IMG/VR virus record: IMGVR_UViG_3300020477_001932 | Coordinates: 10,257-74,256 of that record | Length of the DNA: 64,000 bases | Reading direction: 5' to 3' (one strand) | Source of the DNA: a virus | Part shown: in pieces, positions 36,350 through 45,029 of the stretch | Layout: the number at the start of each line of letters is the position of its first letter | How positions within the stretch are numbered: the stretch's first letter is position 1 | Notes under the pieces: model-generated | The model's input: only the letters and a program-made list of their open reading frames with translations | The model's database searches: none | Told to the model about the DNA's origin: nothing | Translations under genes and position numbers: made by a program

Positions 36350-37771
36350 ATGCGAACTGAAACATTGATTTTAGAAAATCTTTTATATAATGACAATTAT
36401 TCAAGTATCGTTGGTATCTTCTTAAAACCAGAATATTTCAAAGAGAACGCTGAGAAGCAAATCTTTATAGAAATACAAAAACACATTTCGGAGTTTAATA
36501 AAGCTCCAACAAAAGAAGCACTATCAGTCAAACTGAATAACAGAGAAGATTTGAATGAAGCTGCATTTAATAAATGTAATGAAGTTCTTGAAACTCTAAA
36601 AGGTAAAACAGATGATGAAGAATGGTTGACAAAAGAAACAGAAAAGTGGGCAAAAGACCAAGCAGTATATAATGGTATCGTGCAAAGTATTTCTATCTTG
36701 GAAGGTAAAGATAAGAAAGCCTCCAAGGATGTCATTCCAGAAATTCTTACAGAAGCATTAGCCGTTTCATTAGATAAAAGTATCGGACATAATTATTTGG
36801 AAGATGGTGAAAATAGATGGGAATTTTATCATCAAAAAGAAACTAAAATTCCATTTAAAATGATTATGCTTGATAAAATTACTGGTGGTGGTATCTCGCC
36901 AAAAACTCTTACAGTCTTATTAGGTGGAACTGGTGTTGGTAAAACTCTAGTAAAAACTCATTTTGCATCACAATATTTAAGACAGGGAAAAAATGTTTTA
37001 TATATTACAATGGAAATGGCTGAAGAAAGAATAGCTGAAAGAGTTGATGCTAACTTAATGGATGTTGAGTTAAATGATTTACATAGAATGCCGAAAGATA
37101 TGTTTGAGAAAAATCTCAAAGAAATGAAAATCGGTAAGTTAGTTGTTAAAGAATATCCAACAGCTGGAGCCCATGTTGGTAATTTTCGTGCATTGATACG
37201 AGAATTGAAAATTAAAAAAGACTTCACACCAGATATTATCATTTTGGATTATTTAAATATTTGTGCATCTAGCAGAGTGAAGTGGGCTGCAAATATGAAT
37301 ACCTACATTTATATCAAATCTATTGCAGAGGAGGTTCGTGGTTTGGCAGTAGAATGTAATGTTCCAATTATTACAAGTTCACAATTAAATCGGGAAGGGT
37401 TTACAAGTTCGGATCCTGATTTATCTAATACGTCTGAAAGTTTTGGATTACCAGCAACAGCAGATTTAATGCTTGCAATTATAGCAAAAGATGATGGAGT
37501 TGGTACGAATAACCAGATTTTGTTTAAGCAGTTGAAGAATCGTTATAGTGATATTTCTTTGAATAGTAAATTCTTGGTTAATGTAGTTAAGAAGAAAATG
37601 ATGTTGGTGGATATAGAAGAAAATGACCAGCCTGCTCTAGCAAATGATGGTAGCAATAAATATTATGAAAAGAAGTCAGATGCAAATTCTAGTTCAAATC
37701 CATTGGCCAAAGAGTTCAAAATTAGACCAAAGTTGAGGACTGAAAAAGCCTATGATGATTGGAATATATAA
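36350..37771 (+). CDS. gp41: Replicative DnaB-like helicase gp41
   Basis: GGTGVGKT, ITMEMAEERI, KEYPTA, DYLNI, SESFGLPATAD and KQLKNRY motifs. Confidence 0.97.
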   Translation: MRTETLILENLLYNDNYSSIVGIFLKPEYFKENAEKQIFIEIQKHISEFNKAPTKEALSVKLNNREDLNEAAFNKCNEVLETLKGKTDDEEWLTKETEKWAKDQAVYNGIVQSISILEGKDKKASKDVIPEILTEALAVSLDKSIGHNYLEDGENRWEFYHQKETKIPFKMIMLDKITGGGISPKTLTVLLGGTGVGKTLVKTHFASQYLRQGKNVLYITMEMAEERIAERVDANLMDVELNDLHRMPKDMFEKNLKEMKIGKLVVKEYPTAGAHVGNFRALIRELKIKKDFTPDIIILDYLNICASSRVKWAANMNTYIYIKSIAEEVRGLAVECNVPIITSSQLNREGFTSSDPDLSNTSESFGLPATADLMLAIIAKDDGVGTNNQILFKQLKNRYSDISLNSKFLVNVVKKKMMLVDIEENDQPALANDGSNKYYEKKSDANSSSNPLAKEFKIRPKLRTEKAYDDWNI

Positions 37772-37774
37772 ATA
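37767..37774 (+). promoter_or_regulatory. Late promoter
   Basis: TATAAATA overlapping the gp41 stop, upstream of an AAGGAGG RBS. Confidence 0.7.
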
Positions 37775-37799
37775 ATAGTATAACTTAAAGGAGGCTATT

Positions 37800-38021
37800 A
37801 TGCAAGATTTAACTATTTCTGATGGCTGGTTTAATAAAAAAGAAGATGAAAAACCATTAATGAAGAAATTATGTGAACATCGAGCTGATACAACTACTTT
37901 GGATTATGATGTAGGTATAGAATATTGCAATTTTTGTGGTGCATTAGGCCACTATAACGTAGATATTGACAAGGTGGAGTGGAAATTGCCTGAGTTTTTA
38001 GTGAAGCAGAATTATAACTAG
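37800..38021 (+). CDS. Small Cys-containing hypothetical protein
   Basis: AAGGAGG RBS; CEH...CNFCG. Confidence 0.7.
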   Translation: MQDLTISDGWFNKKEDEKPLMKKLCEHRADTTTLDYDVGIEYCNFCGALGHYNVDIDKVEWKLPEFLVKQNYN

Positions 38022-38033
38022 GCTGAAAAGTAT

Positions 38034-38041
38034 TATAAATA
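38034..38041 (+). promoter_or_regulatory. Late promoter heading the internal-protein cluster
   Basis: Intergenic TATAAATA. Confidence 0.72.
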
Positions 38042-38051
38042 TAGAGTAAAT

Positions 38052-38237
38052 ATGAGTGATGATATTAAAAAAATGTTTTCCGATGCAGTAGAAAAAGCCG
38101 TAACGGAAAAAGAAGAAATTAGTGAAAATTCTATCTTACATAGAATTTTAGCTACTAATGTTGACCATTATAAGATATGTCCATTTCGGTCATTAAACGT
38201 GGATGATTGCCCACTATGTAAGATAAAAAACTTATGA
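38052..38237 (+). CDS. Small hypothetical protein
   Basis: H...CPF....CPLC possible Zn site. Confidence 0.6.
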   Translation: MSDDIKKMFSDAVEKAVTEKEEISENSILHRILATNVDHYKICPFRSLNVDDCPLCKIKNL

Positions 38238-39334
38238 AATCATTTAAGAATTTTTTAAAAGAAGCAGATACTTCTGGTGCATTTGAAATGGAGGCAGCTC
38301 TTGTTGCAGCTGCAAACAATGACAATAAAGCCAAGTTCAAAGACCCAACTGTTTCTGTTGCAAATGCTAAGAAAGTTTTAAAATCACAAAAGATAAAAGG
38401 AAAAGGAAAATTTCCTAGCAGTCGATATGAAGTAACAAAAGAATGGGCTTCCTATTTTGATGGTGGTAAAGTTCCAAGTGCTACTAAAACACCTAAGACT
38501 GATATTATAATTGGAAAAAATTATATTTCTTTAAAAACGGGTGATGCACAATTAATGAGTGGTCAACGGCCTGAAGCACAAGCAACTTTTTATGCAGCTA
38601 TGAAAAAAACTGATAATACGGCTTTGTTGAAAAAAGTAGAAAAACAATTAAAAGAATTAAAAACAGCTTTTCGTCTAACAAACAAAAAAGGAAAAGAAAT
38701 TCATGGTAACAAACGTGATTTGATAGGAACAGCAAAAGGACAAGTGTTAGAAGAAATAGATGTGTTTCATAGAAAATTTAAAAAAGATTTAAGAAAGGCA
38801 TTTGAATCAAATTCTAAATTTGCTCAAGAGTTTACTTTTGAAGCTATGACAGGAGCTCAAAAGTTTGGAAAGAATGAGGGGACTGCTACTTCTTTTCTTA
38901 TAACAAATAAAGAAGGAACAAAATCTGATTTTCATACTGTTATAAAATCATCTGATAAATATGTTAAGAAAATTGCAAGTCAAGTAAAGCCTGATGTTAG
39001 ATTTAAGTCAGGGTCTGTTAAAGGTTCTGCTGATAAAACAGGAAAGAAAATATATAATTTCTGGGCCACAGTTGGTTTGGGTGTTAAGATGGTTTTGGAT
39101 GAAGGTTTTGAACAGATTGAAAAAGAAATGCTAACAGAAGGAATACTTGATAAAGCTAGTGTGGTATGGGATAAGTTGAAAAGTAAAGTAACCAATTTAT
39201 TTGACAAATTTATTGATTGGATTATGGAAAATTTCCAAAAAGCAAAATCTTGGATTGGTGATAATTGGAAAAGATTGGTTGATTATATGGATTATGAACC
39301 CATGGTGTCATATACAAATAATATTAAGTGGTAG
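38234..39334 (+). CDS. Putative capsid-packaged PD-(D/E)XK-like nuclease
   Basis: N-terminal MKSFKNFLKE targeting-like peptide; E...PKTDII....ISLK core. Confidence 0.55.
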   Translation: MKSFKNFLKEADTSGAFEMEAALVAAANNDNKAKFKDPTVSVANAKKVLKSQKIKGKGKFPSSRYEVTKEWASYFDGGKVPSATKTPKTDIIIGKNYISLKTGDAQLMSGQRPEAQATFYAAMKKTDNTALLKKVEKQLKELKTAFRLTNKKGKEIHGNKRDLIGTAKGQVLEEIDVFHRKFKKDLRKAFESNSKFAQEFTFEAMTGAQKFGKNEGTATSFLITNKEGTKSDFHTVIKSSDKYVKKIASQVKPDVRFKSGSVKGSADKTGKKIYNFWATVGLGVKMVLDEGFEQIEKEMLTEGILDKASVVWDKLKSKVTNLFDKFIDWIMENFQKAKSWIGDNWKRLVDYMDYEPMVSYTNNIKW

Positions 39335-39337
39335 TTT

Positions 39338-40561
39338 ATGTTATCATTCAAAGAAGTATTAAATGAAGATAAAAATACGCACATGGAGCACCTTGAAGAT
39401 GAAATCATCAACAATGGTGTAAAAGGTGCGACAACAGTAATAAGGTTTTTAGATTCCTTGAAAGATATGTTATCTGGTGGAAAAAAGAAAACCAATATTA
39501 CTACGAAGTGGGATGGAGCTCCAGCAATTTTTGCTGGAATCAATCCAGAGAACGGAAAGTTTTTCGTCGCAATAAAAGCATTGTTTAATAAGTCCCCCAA
39601 AATAAATTATACGGTAGCTGACATTAAAGCTAATCATGGTTCAGGCGGGCCTTCAGATAAAATAAAACTTGCGTTGAAACATTTACCGGATCTCGGATTA
39701 GATGATGGAGTCTATCAAGGTGATATAATGTTTTCTAAAGGTGATTTGAAAAAACAAACAATAGATGGTGAGAGTTGTTTGACATTTACACCGAATACTA
39801 TCACCTATGCTGTTCCAGAAGATAGTGATTTGGCTTCTGATATGAGGAAGGCAAGTATTGGAGTGGTGTGGCACACAAAGTATTCAGGAAACAGTATTGC
39901 TGATTTGAAAGCATCTTATGGTGTTGATTCAAGTCAATTCAATAAAAGTAAAAAAGTTTGGTTTGATGATGCATATGTAGATACTGCAAATGCAGCTACG
40001 TTTTCTCCAAGTGAAATAAAAACACTTGAAGGCAAAATCAGACAGGTGGCTGGTGCAGCTTCCAAAGCAGGTAAATTTTTAAATCAACTTTCTAAAGATA
40101 AAACTAAGTGGGGATTAGCTCCACTTATGAAAATCTTTTTTAATTCAAAGATTCGTGAAGGAGATAAGATAGCAGACACAAAAAATCTTGTTAAAGAGTT
40201 TCAGCAATACTATGTCGCTCGAATGAAACAAGAGATCGACTCAAAGAAATCTGATAAAGGTAAACAGAAATATAAAGATATTCAAAAAGAATCAGAAAAG
40301 ACTTTAAAGAAATTCAAAGACGAATTATATTTTACAATGGCCACTTACTTGGGAATACTTGAAGCAAAAGAAATGGTCATTAGAAAACTGGAAACTATAA
40401 AAGGTATTGGTACGTTTTTAAAAACTAAAGATGGGTTTAAAGTAACAGCACCAGAAGGCTTTGTTGCTATTAATTCAAAAGGCGGTGCTGTTAAATTAGT
40501 TGATCGACTTACTTTTTCCCATGCTAATTTTACAATAGCTAAAGATTGGGTAAAGGGGTGA
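39338..40561 (+). CDS. Conserved marine T4-like protein (DUF6267-like) with ATP-dependent ligase motifs; putative internal protein
   Basis: MLSFKEVLNE N-terminus; TKWDGAP (I), YQGDIMF (III), EGFVAI (IV), VKLVDR (V). Confidence 0.7.
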   Translation: MLSFKEVLNEDKNTHMEHLEDEIINNGVKGATTVIRFLDSLKDMLSGGKKKTNITTKWDGAPAIFAGINPENGKFFVAIKALFNKSPKINYTVADIKANHGSGGPSDKIKLALKHLPDLGLDDGVYQGDIMFSKGDLKKQTIDGESCLTFTPNTITYAVPEDSDLASDMRKASIGVVWHTKYSGNSIADLKASYGVDSSQFNKSKKVWFDDAYVDTANAATFSPSEIKTLEGKIRQVAGAASKAGKFLNQLSKDKTKWGLAPLMKIFFNSKIREGDKIADTKNLVKEFQQYYVARMKQEIDSKKSDKGKQKYKDIQKESEKTLKKFKDELYFTMATYLGILEAKEMVIRKLETIKGIGTFLKTKDGFKVTAPEGFVAINSKGGAVKLVDRLTFSHANFTIAKDWVKG

Positions 40562-40565
40562 TACT

Positions 40566-40736
40566 ATGCTAGAAGATTTAAAAGAACTCAGAAGAATATT
40601 AGATAGATTTATAGCTAAGTATGAAAAAGAAGCTATATATTGTGTAGGGCAATTAGAAGTAGATAGAGAAGAAGAAAAAGAACCAGATAACAATTTAACA
40701 AAGGAAGGATTTTGGAGAGGGAATGACATCTATTAG
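40566..40736 (+). CDS. Small hypothetical protein (56 aa; not in ORF track)
   Basis: GGGGTG RBS; MLEDLKELRRILDRFIAKY... Confidence 0.55.
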   Translation: MLEDLKELRRILDRFIAKYEKEAIYCVGQLEVDREEEKEPDNNLTKEGFWRGNDIY

Positions 40737-40914
40737 ATCGAGGTATTGTGCAAAGTGTGATGCAGTATTGAAGTGGAATTGTAAGTGTCCAAATAACAGA
40801 GCCATGGCATGGCATAGAAAAAACGTATTTCATTCTGGTAAACGGTATAAGGGGAAAAAGGCTTGGAAAAAAGTTTATCCAGATGAAGTTGAATATAAAG
40901 GGGATTCAAAATGA
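40723..40914 (+). CDS. Small Cys-rich basic protein
   Basis: CAKC...CKC; GGAGAGG RBS. Confidence 0.55.
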   Translation: MTSIRSRYCAKCDAVLKWNCKCPNNRAMAWHRKNVFHSGKRYKGKKAWKKVYPDEVEYKGDSK

Positions 40915-41210
40915 AATCATTTAGAAAATTTGTTAAAGAGGGAACTAAGGAAGAATACAACAAACTTTTTGATGCAAAACTAAAAAAGTATGGTGTTGAT
41001 AGTCCTGAAGATTTGTCTGATGAAGAAAAGAAAAAGTTTTTTGATGAAATTGATAAAGAATGGAAGTCTGATAAAGAGGAAGTTAAAGAGTTTATTAAGA
41101 AAGATGGTGCAAGGCGTCGTGTTGCTGGTGGCGACGGTCGAAAGAGTAAAAAGTCTAAAGAAGAAGGTTGTGCTGACCATGAGGATGAGGAAGAAGAGGA
41201 AGAAGAATGA
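40911..41210 (+). CDS. Putative internal head protein
   Basis: MKSFRKFVKE N-terminal targeting-like peptide; highly charged. Confidence 0.65.
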   Translation: MKSFRKFVKEGTKEEYNKLFDAKLKKYGVDSPEDLSDEEKKKFFDEIDKEWKSDKEEVKEFIKKDGARRRVAGGDGRKSKKSKEEGCADHEDEEEEEEE

Positions 41211-41530
41211 AAGGCTTTGGAACATTCATAAAAGAAAATTGGAAAGATGAAGCTACTGAGTTAAAGCTATTCATTGATAATGATGCAAATCTTTATCGTC
41301 AAAGACTTGTTCCTATTGTCAAAAATATCCAGAAGAAAATGAAGTCTGGAAAGTATGACCATAAGAAAGCTCCTAAACTTTGGAAGTATCTTGTAGATGA
41401 TGGTGCAAAGAAATATGCTAAAGAATTTCCAGGTGTTAAGTTTGATAGGAAAGTTAAAGATCATGTTGCACAAGAATTTGCAGATGAATACAGAGTTGAA
41501 ATAGAAGCCCAAGGCGGAAAGATGTTCTAA
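41207..41530 (+). CDS. Putative internal head protein
   Basis: MKGFGTFIKE N-terminal targeting-like peptide. Confidence 0.65.
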   Translation: MKGFGTFIKENWKDEATELKLFIDNDANLYRQRLVPIVKNIQKKMKSGKYDHKKAPKLWKYLVDDGAKKYAKEFPGVKFDRKVKDHVAQEFADEYRVEIEAQGGKMF

Positions 41531-42117
41531 TGAAAAGTTATAGGAAATTCATAAACGAAGCAAAAGGTGATACAGCTGTTTTCTCTTTTGGTAGAATGAA
41601 TCCTCCTACCATTGGACACGGGAAACTTATCGCTAAAGTTATTTCAGTTGCAAAGAAAGAAAGAGCAACACCTATTATTTTTCCTTCAAAGACCGAAGAT
41701 AAAAAGAAAAATCCTTTGTCATTTAAAACAAAAGTGAAAGTAATGAAGGATGTTTTTGGTAATGTTATAAATACTGATACATCAATAAAGACACCCTTTG
41801 ACGTATTAGACAAGCTAAATAATGATAAGTATGAAAAAGTTGTTTTTGTAGTTGGCAGTGATCGGGTAAGCGAATTCAAACGAAATATGAGTAAATATGT
41901 TGATAGCGACCTTGATAATATAAAAGATTTTTCAGTTGTCTCAGCAGGAGATCGTGATCCAGACGCTGAGGGTGTTGCTGGTATGTCTGGTTCAAAAATG
42001 AGAGACTTTGTTATTAAAGATAAGTTTAGCAAGTTCAAGGAAGGGCTTATGACGAAGAATGCTAGACTTGCAAAAGCCGTTTTCAAAGAGATCGGCAAAA
42101 AATTAAAAATCAAATAG
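41530..42117 (+). CDS. Cytidylyltransferase-like (HxGH) nucleotidyltransferase; putative internal protein
   Basis: MKSYRKFINE; FGRMNPPTIGH.KL, NPL, VVGSDR, SAGDRDPD and MSGSKMR motifs. Confidence 0.85.
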   Translation: MKSYRKFINEAKGDTAVFSFGRMNPPTIGHGKLIAKVISVAKKERATPIIFPSKTEDKKKNPLSFKTKVKVMKDVFGNVINTDTSIKTPFDVLDKLNNDKYEKVVFVVGSDRVSEFKRNMSKYVDSDLDNIKDFSVVSAGDRDPDAEGVAGMSGSKMRDFVIKDKFSKFKEGLMTKNARLAKAVFKEIGKKLKIK

Positions 42118-42131
42118 GAGGAGAACCTATA

Positions 42132-42203
42132 ATGCATCCAAGATTTATGCAAGCTTTAATATTTTTGGCAGGTTGGGCAGTAGCAGGTTATTTGTATCAT
42201 TAA
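42132..42203 (+). CDS. 23-aa hydrophobic peptide
   Basis: AGGAGG RBS; MHPRFMQALIFLAGWAVAGYLYH. Confidence 0.4.
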   Translation: MHPRFMQALIFLAGWAVAGYLYH

Positions 42204-42229
42204 ATATTATTAGAAAGGAGTAAAATAGT

Positions 42230-42421
42230 ATGGAAACTATGATTTTAGCATGGGCACAGGGACAATCTTGGTTTGGTATTGCTTGCACAGTTATTGCAGT
42301 TGCAAACGCAGTTACTCTTACCTTAAAAGATGATTATGCAGAAAAATTGCCTGTTCTTGGAAAAATATGGCCGATTCTGAATTGGTTGTCTTTGAATGTT
42401 CATAATAATAAAAATGGTTAA
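42230..42421 (+). CDS. Small membrane protein (holin-like)
   Basis: AAAGGAG RBS; TM helix; ILNWLSLNV..NKN C-terminus. Confidence 0.55.
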   Translation: METMILAWAQGQSWFGIACTVIAVANAVTLTLKDDYAEKLPVLGKIWPILNWLSLNVHNNKNG

Positions 42422-42427
42422 TAATTG

Positions 42428-42460
42428 ATATATGGGGGAAGCTTCCCCCATATATTTTTT
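42428..42460 (+). terminator. Perfect 28-bp palindrome / terminator
   Basis: ATATATGGGGGAAG|CTTCCCCCATATAT followed by a T-run. Confidence 0.8.
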
Positions 42461-42479
42461 GATTTGAAAGGAAAAGAGT

Positions 42480-42779
42480 ATGCGTAAAGGAATAGTTGGT
42501 GGTTTACATAATGAAACTGGTTGTATTATGAGTGAAGGTAATACTTATAATTTTAATATTAAAATAGTTAATGGAACCGTAGCGAATGGTCAGCAAGTAG
42601 ATTTTGAGTTAAACCAATATGACGGCGTAGTTAAAGTGGATGGTCTTGGTGCAACAAAACCAACACCCGCACCTCAACCAAAACAAAAACCAAAACATAA
42701 ACAAAAAGAAAATACTGCAAGTAAGCTTGTGGATAATTTTGCAGTAGATAACAGAGAATTACTAACGGAGGATAAATAA
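42480..42779 (+). CDS. Hypothetical protein with degenerate cold-shock/OB-like N-terminus
   Basis: KGIV...G.I...G....F........GQQVDFEL pattern, lacking the aromatic RNP motifs. Confidence 0.5.
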   Translation: MRKGIVGGLHNETGCIMSEGNTYNFNIKIVNGTVANGQQVDFELNQYDGVVKVDGLGATKPTPAPQPKQKPKHKQKENTASKLVDNFAVDNRELLTEDK

Positions 42780-42780
42780 A

Positions 42781-42990
42781 ATGAGTACATGGGGATCAGA
42801 TGGTGCTGAAGGAAGTAAACCAAAAAATTTAACAGATGCAGAAAAAGCTAAGTGTACTGCTGATAAAACTGGCTGGACAGTTCCTGCTGGTGGTAATGAT
42901 AATCCAGCTGCAGATCGTGAAACATTGGTTGCTGTTAGAGGAATGAAAGAAGCACCAGCACCAGCTCCGGCTGAGGAAGAAGAAGAATAG
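42781..42990 (+). CDS. Small hypothetical protein, possibly virion-associated
   Basis: MSTWG...KPK...GW...ETLVA pattern recalled from T4-like late genes. Confidence 0.6.
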   Translation: MSTWGSDGAEGSKPKNLTDAEKAKCTADKTGWTVPAGGNDNPAADRETLVAVRGMKEAPAPAPAEEEEE

Positions 42991-42993
42991 GTA

Positions 42994-43452
42994 ATGATCC
43001 GTATTGCCTGTTTATTATTTTCATTATTTATTTTAACAGGGTTTTCTAAACCAAGAATTATAGACAACGGTGAATTTCAAGAACCTGCTATTGACAAATT
43101 AATACAATGGGTGCCAGAACAAATCCCACGCACCGTATCATTTTATTTTGATACTGATGGGGATGGTGTATCTGATATTATTATTGCATATTATCTTATA
43201 GAAGCTTATGCTTGTAGAGAATTATGTACGATTGAGTTAAGAGAATTTGAGGATCATTGGATTTTAGTATCTTCTATTGGTGAAAATCCATATGCATATT
43301 ATATTGTTAAGAAGTGGTCAATGTGGCGTGAGACAGAAAAAGAAGATTGGAAAAGTGTAAAAAAATCATCTGGATCGGTTTATAAGTATAAGGACCATGA
43401 TGAATGGTTTAATGATAAGTTTTTAAAATTATGGCCAGAAATGGCTCCATAA
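42994..43452 (+). CDS. Exported hypothetical protein
   Basis: Signal peptide; DTDGDGVSD Ca-binding-like loop. Confidence 0.65.
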   Translation: MIRIACLLFSLFILTGFSKPRIIDNGEFQEPAIDKLIQWVPEQIPRTVSFYFDTDGDGVSDIIIAYYLIEAYACRELCTIELREFEDHWILVSSIGENPYAYYIVKKWSMWRETEKEDWKSVKKSSGSVYKYKDHDEWFNDKFLKLWPEMAP

Positions 43453-43468
43453 AAAATGTAGAGGTTTT

Positions 43469-43834
43469 ATGCGATTTGATGTTTTGACGAATGGTAATTA
43501 TATGATGTATGCACTACTTCATTATGATAACCCACATTGTAAAGATATAAAAGAGTTCTTTGAGGATATTAAACGAATACATTATATTCGTAGATTGTTT
43601 AAAAGATACGAAACAGATGGTATTCTTAAAGACCGATTAATACTTAATCATCTAATTACATTCTATAATGTTTTTGAAGCTAAAGCAGCTTCAAGAATAC
43701 TATTCTTTAGAATAGAAGAAAAATATCATTCTGCGTTGAAAACTTTTTTAGTTTTTATTAACAAAGCGCCAGAAGAAAGAAATGATATATCATTAGATGA
43801 TGTTGTAATTAATGTTCTAAGGAATATAAAATAA
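43469..43834 (+). CDS. Conserved T4-like hypothetical protein
   Basis: YDNPHC..EF.EDIKR..YIRRL and RLILNHLI..YNVF motifs. Confidence 0.8.
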   Translation: MRFDVLTNGNYMMYALLHYDNPHCKDIKEFFEDIKRIHYIRRLFKRYETDGILKDRLILNHLITFYNVFEAKAASRILFFRIEEKYHSALKTFLVFINKAPEERNDISLDDVVINVLRNIK

Positions 43835-44137
43835 ATGTCAAGATTAGTAGATACCTATATAACATATCGAATTATTAAAACATTAGTAAAGCCATGGAAA
43901 CAACAAGAAGCCTATAAACTTGGTATTATTGATGCTAAAGGTAAGACTTTAAAAAAAGCTAAAGATTTAAAAACAGCTGACGAAAAAGAAGCTTATACTG
44001 TTTTGACTAGATTTATTTTCAATCTTAAACGTCTTTTGAATCAAGTGCCAGGTGGCAAAAGTAAGTTTGGGTCTTATGCAGCAGCAGCTGTTCTTTTACT
44101 AAAAGAGGAAGAAGAAAATGAACAAGAAACCATTTGA
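43835..44137 (+). CDS. Conserved T4-like hypothetical protein
   Basis: YRIIKTLVKPW...AYKLGIIDAKG and FNLKRLL motifs. Confidence 0.8.
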   Translation: MSRLVDTYITYRIIKTLVKPWKQQEAYKLGIIDAKGKTLKKAKDLKTADEKEAYTVLTRFIFNLKRLLNQVPGGKSKFGSYAAAAVLLLKEEEENEQETI

Positions 44138-44786
44138 AGAAGATGCTCCAACTAATGCAACCGGCCCAGCTGTAGTTGGTACTGGTGATGATAAGTCAAC
44201 TTGGAAAAAGAAGAAAAAGAAATCCAAGATTATTAAGCGTCTCAAAGGAACTTATGAAGTTGGTAGAAAACCAGATAAAGAATTAGTATTGAAAAAAGAA
44301 GATCGTGATTATCGTAAAGAATATGATAATTATCATGCAAAACCAGAGCAGCGTAAAAAGAACGCAGCTCGTTTGAGAGCGAGGAGGCTAATGGTGAAAA
44401 AAGGTAAAGTGAAAAAGAATGATAAAATGGATGTGCATCATAAAGACAACAATCCCTTGAATAATGACCCCAAAAATCTTTCAGTAACTACACAAAATTA
44501 TAATAGAAAAGAACCTCGATTGCGTGAAGAAGGTGAGATTGATATTACACCTGATTCTACGTTTGCGCAGATGCCAGTATTCAAAGTTGATTCAAGCGAT
44601 TTTGTAAGATGTCAAGATGTGAAAAAGAAACATGCTAGATGGAGTAAACATATTGATACAAATTCAGAATATGGTAAAAAGATTCATACATACGCACAAA
44701 AGAATCCTAAGAAATCTATTATAGTTCAAGATGATAAAACAGGCCACATGGTATATTTACGAAAATACTCACAAATGGAGAAATAA
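44118..44786 (+). CDS. Multi-module late protein with internal HNH endonuclease domain
   Basis: EDAPTNA N-terminal module; RDYRKEY...DVHHKDNNPLNN...NL....NR HNH; C-terminal FKV...ARW...IIVQD..TG.M.YLR module. Confidence 0.7.
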   Translation: MNKKPFEEDAPTNATGPAVVGTGDDKSTWKKKKKKSKIIKRLKGTYEVGRKPDKELVLKKEDRDYRKEYDNYHAKPEQRKKNAARLRARRLMVKKGKVKKNDKMDVHHKDNNPLNNDPKNLSVTTQNYNRKEPRLREEGEIDITPDSTFAQMPVFKVDSSDFVRCQDVKKKHARWSKHIDTNSEYGKKIHTYAQKNPKKSIIVQDDKTGHMVYLRKYSQMEK

Positions 44787-44788
44787 AA

Positions 44789-45001
44789 ATGATAAGTCTT
44801 ATTGGTAACGCATTAGGTCTTGGTTTAAAGATTATGGATAGGATTGAAAAAAATTCTGATAAACCAAGTTTTGAAGAATTTAAAGGAAGAAAAAAAGAAA
44901 TGGATAATTCATTAGCAGATGAAGATGTTAATGGTATTGATTCTATGTTTGAATATCTAGCAGAACGTGCGAGGGCTGGAAAAACAGGAAAAAAAGGTTA
45001 A
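44789..45001 (+). CDS. Small hypothetical protein
   Basis: GGAG RBS; amphipathic N-terminus. Confidence 0.6.
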   Translation: MISLIGNALGLGLKIMDRIEKNSDKPSFEEFKGRKKEMDNSLADEDVNGIDSMFEYLAERARAGKTGKKG

Positions 45002-45029
45002 TCAATAACACTTTTTAAGGAAAAAAGTA

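Noticed and set aside
41538-42152. 204-aa minus-strand ORF and other antisense or alternative-frame ORFs (e.g. 1174-1581, 34641-35114)
   Set aside because: They are shadows of well-supported + strand genes with no recognisable motifs.
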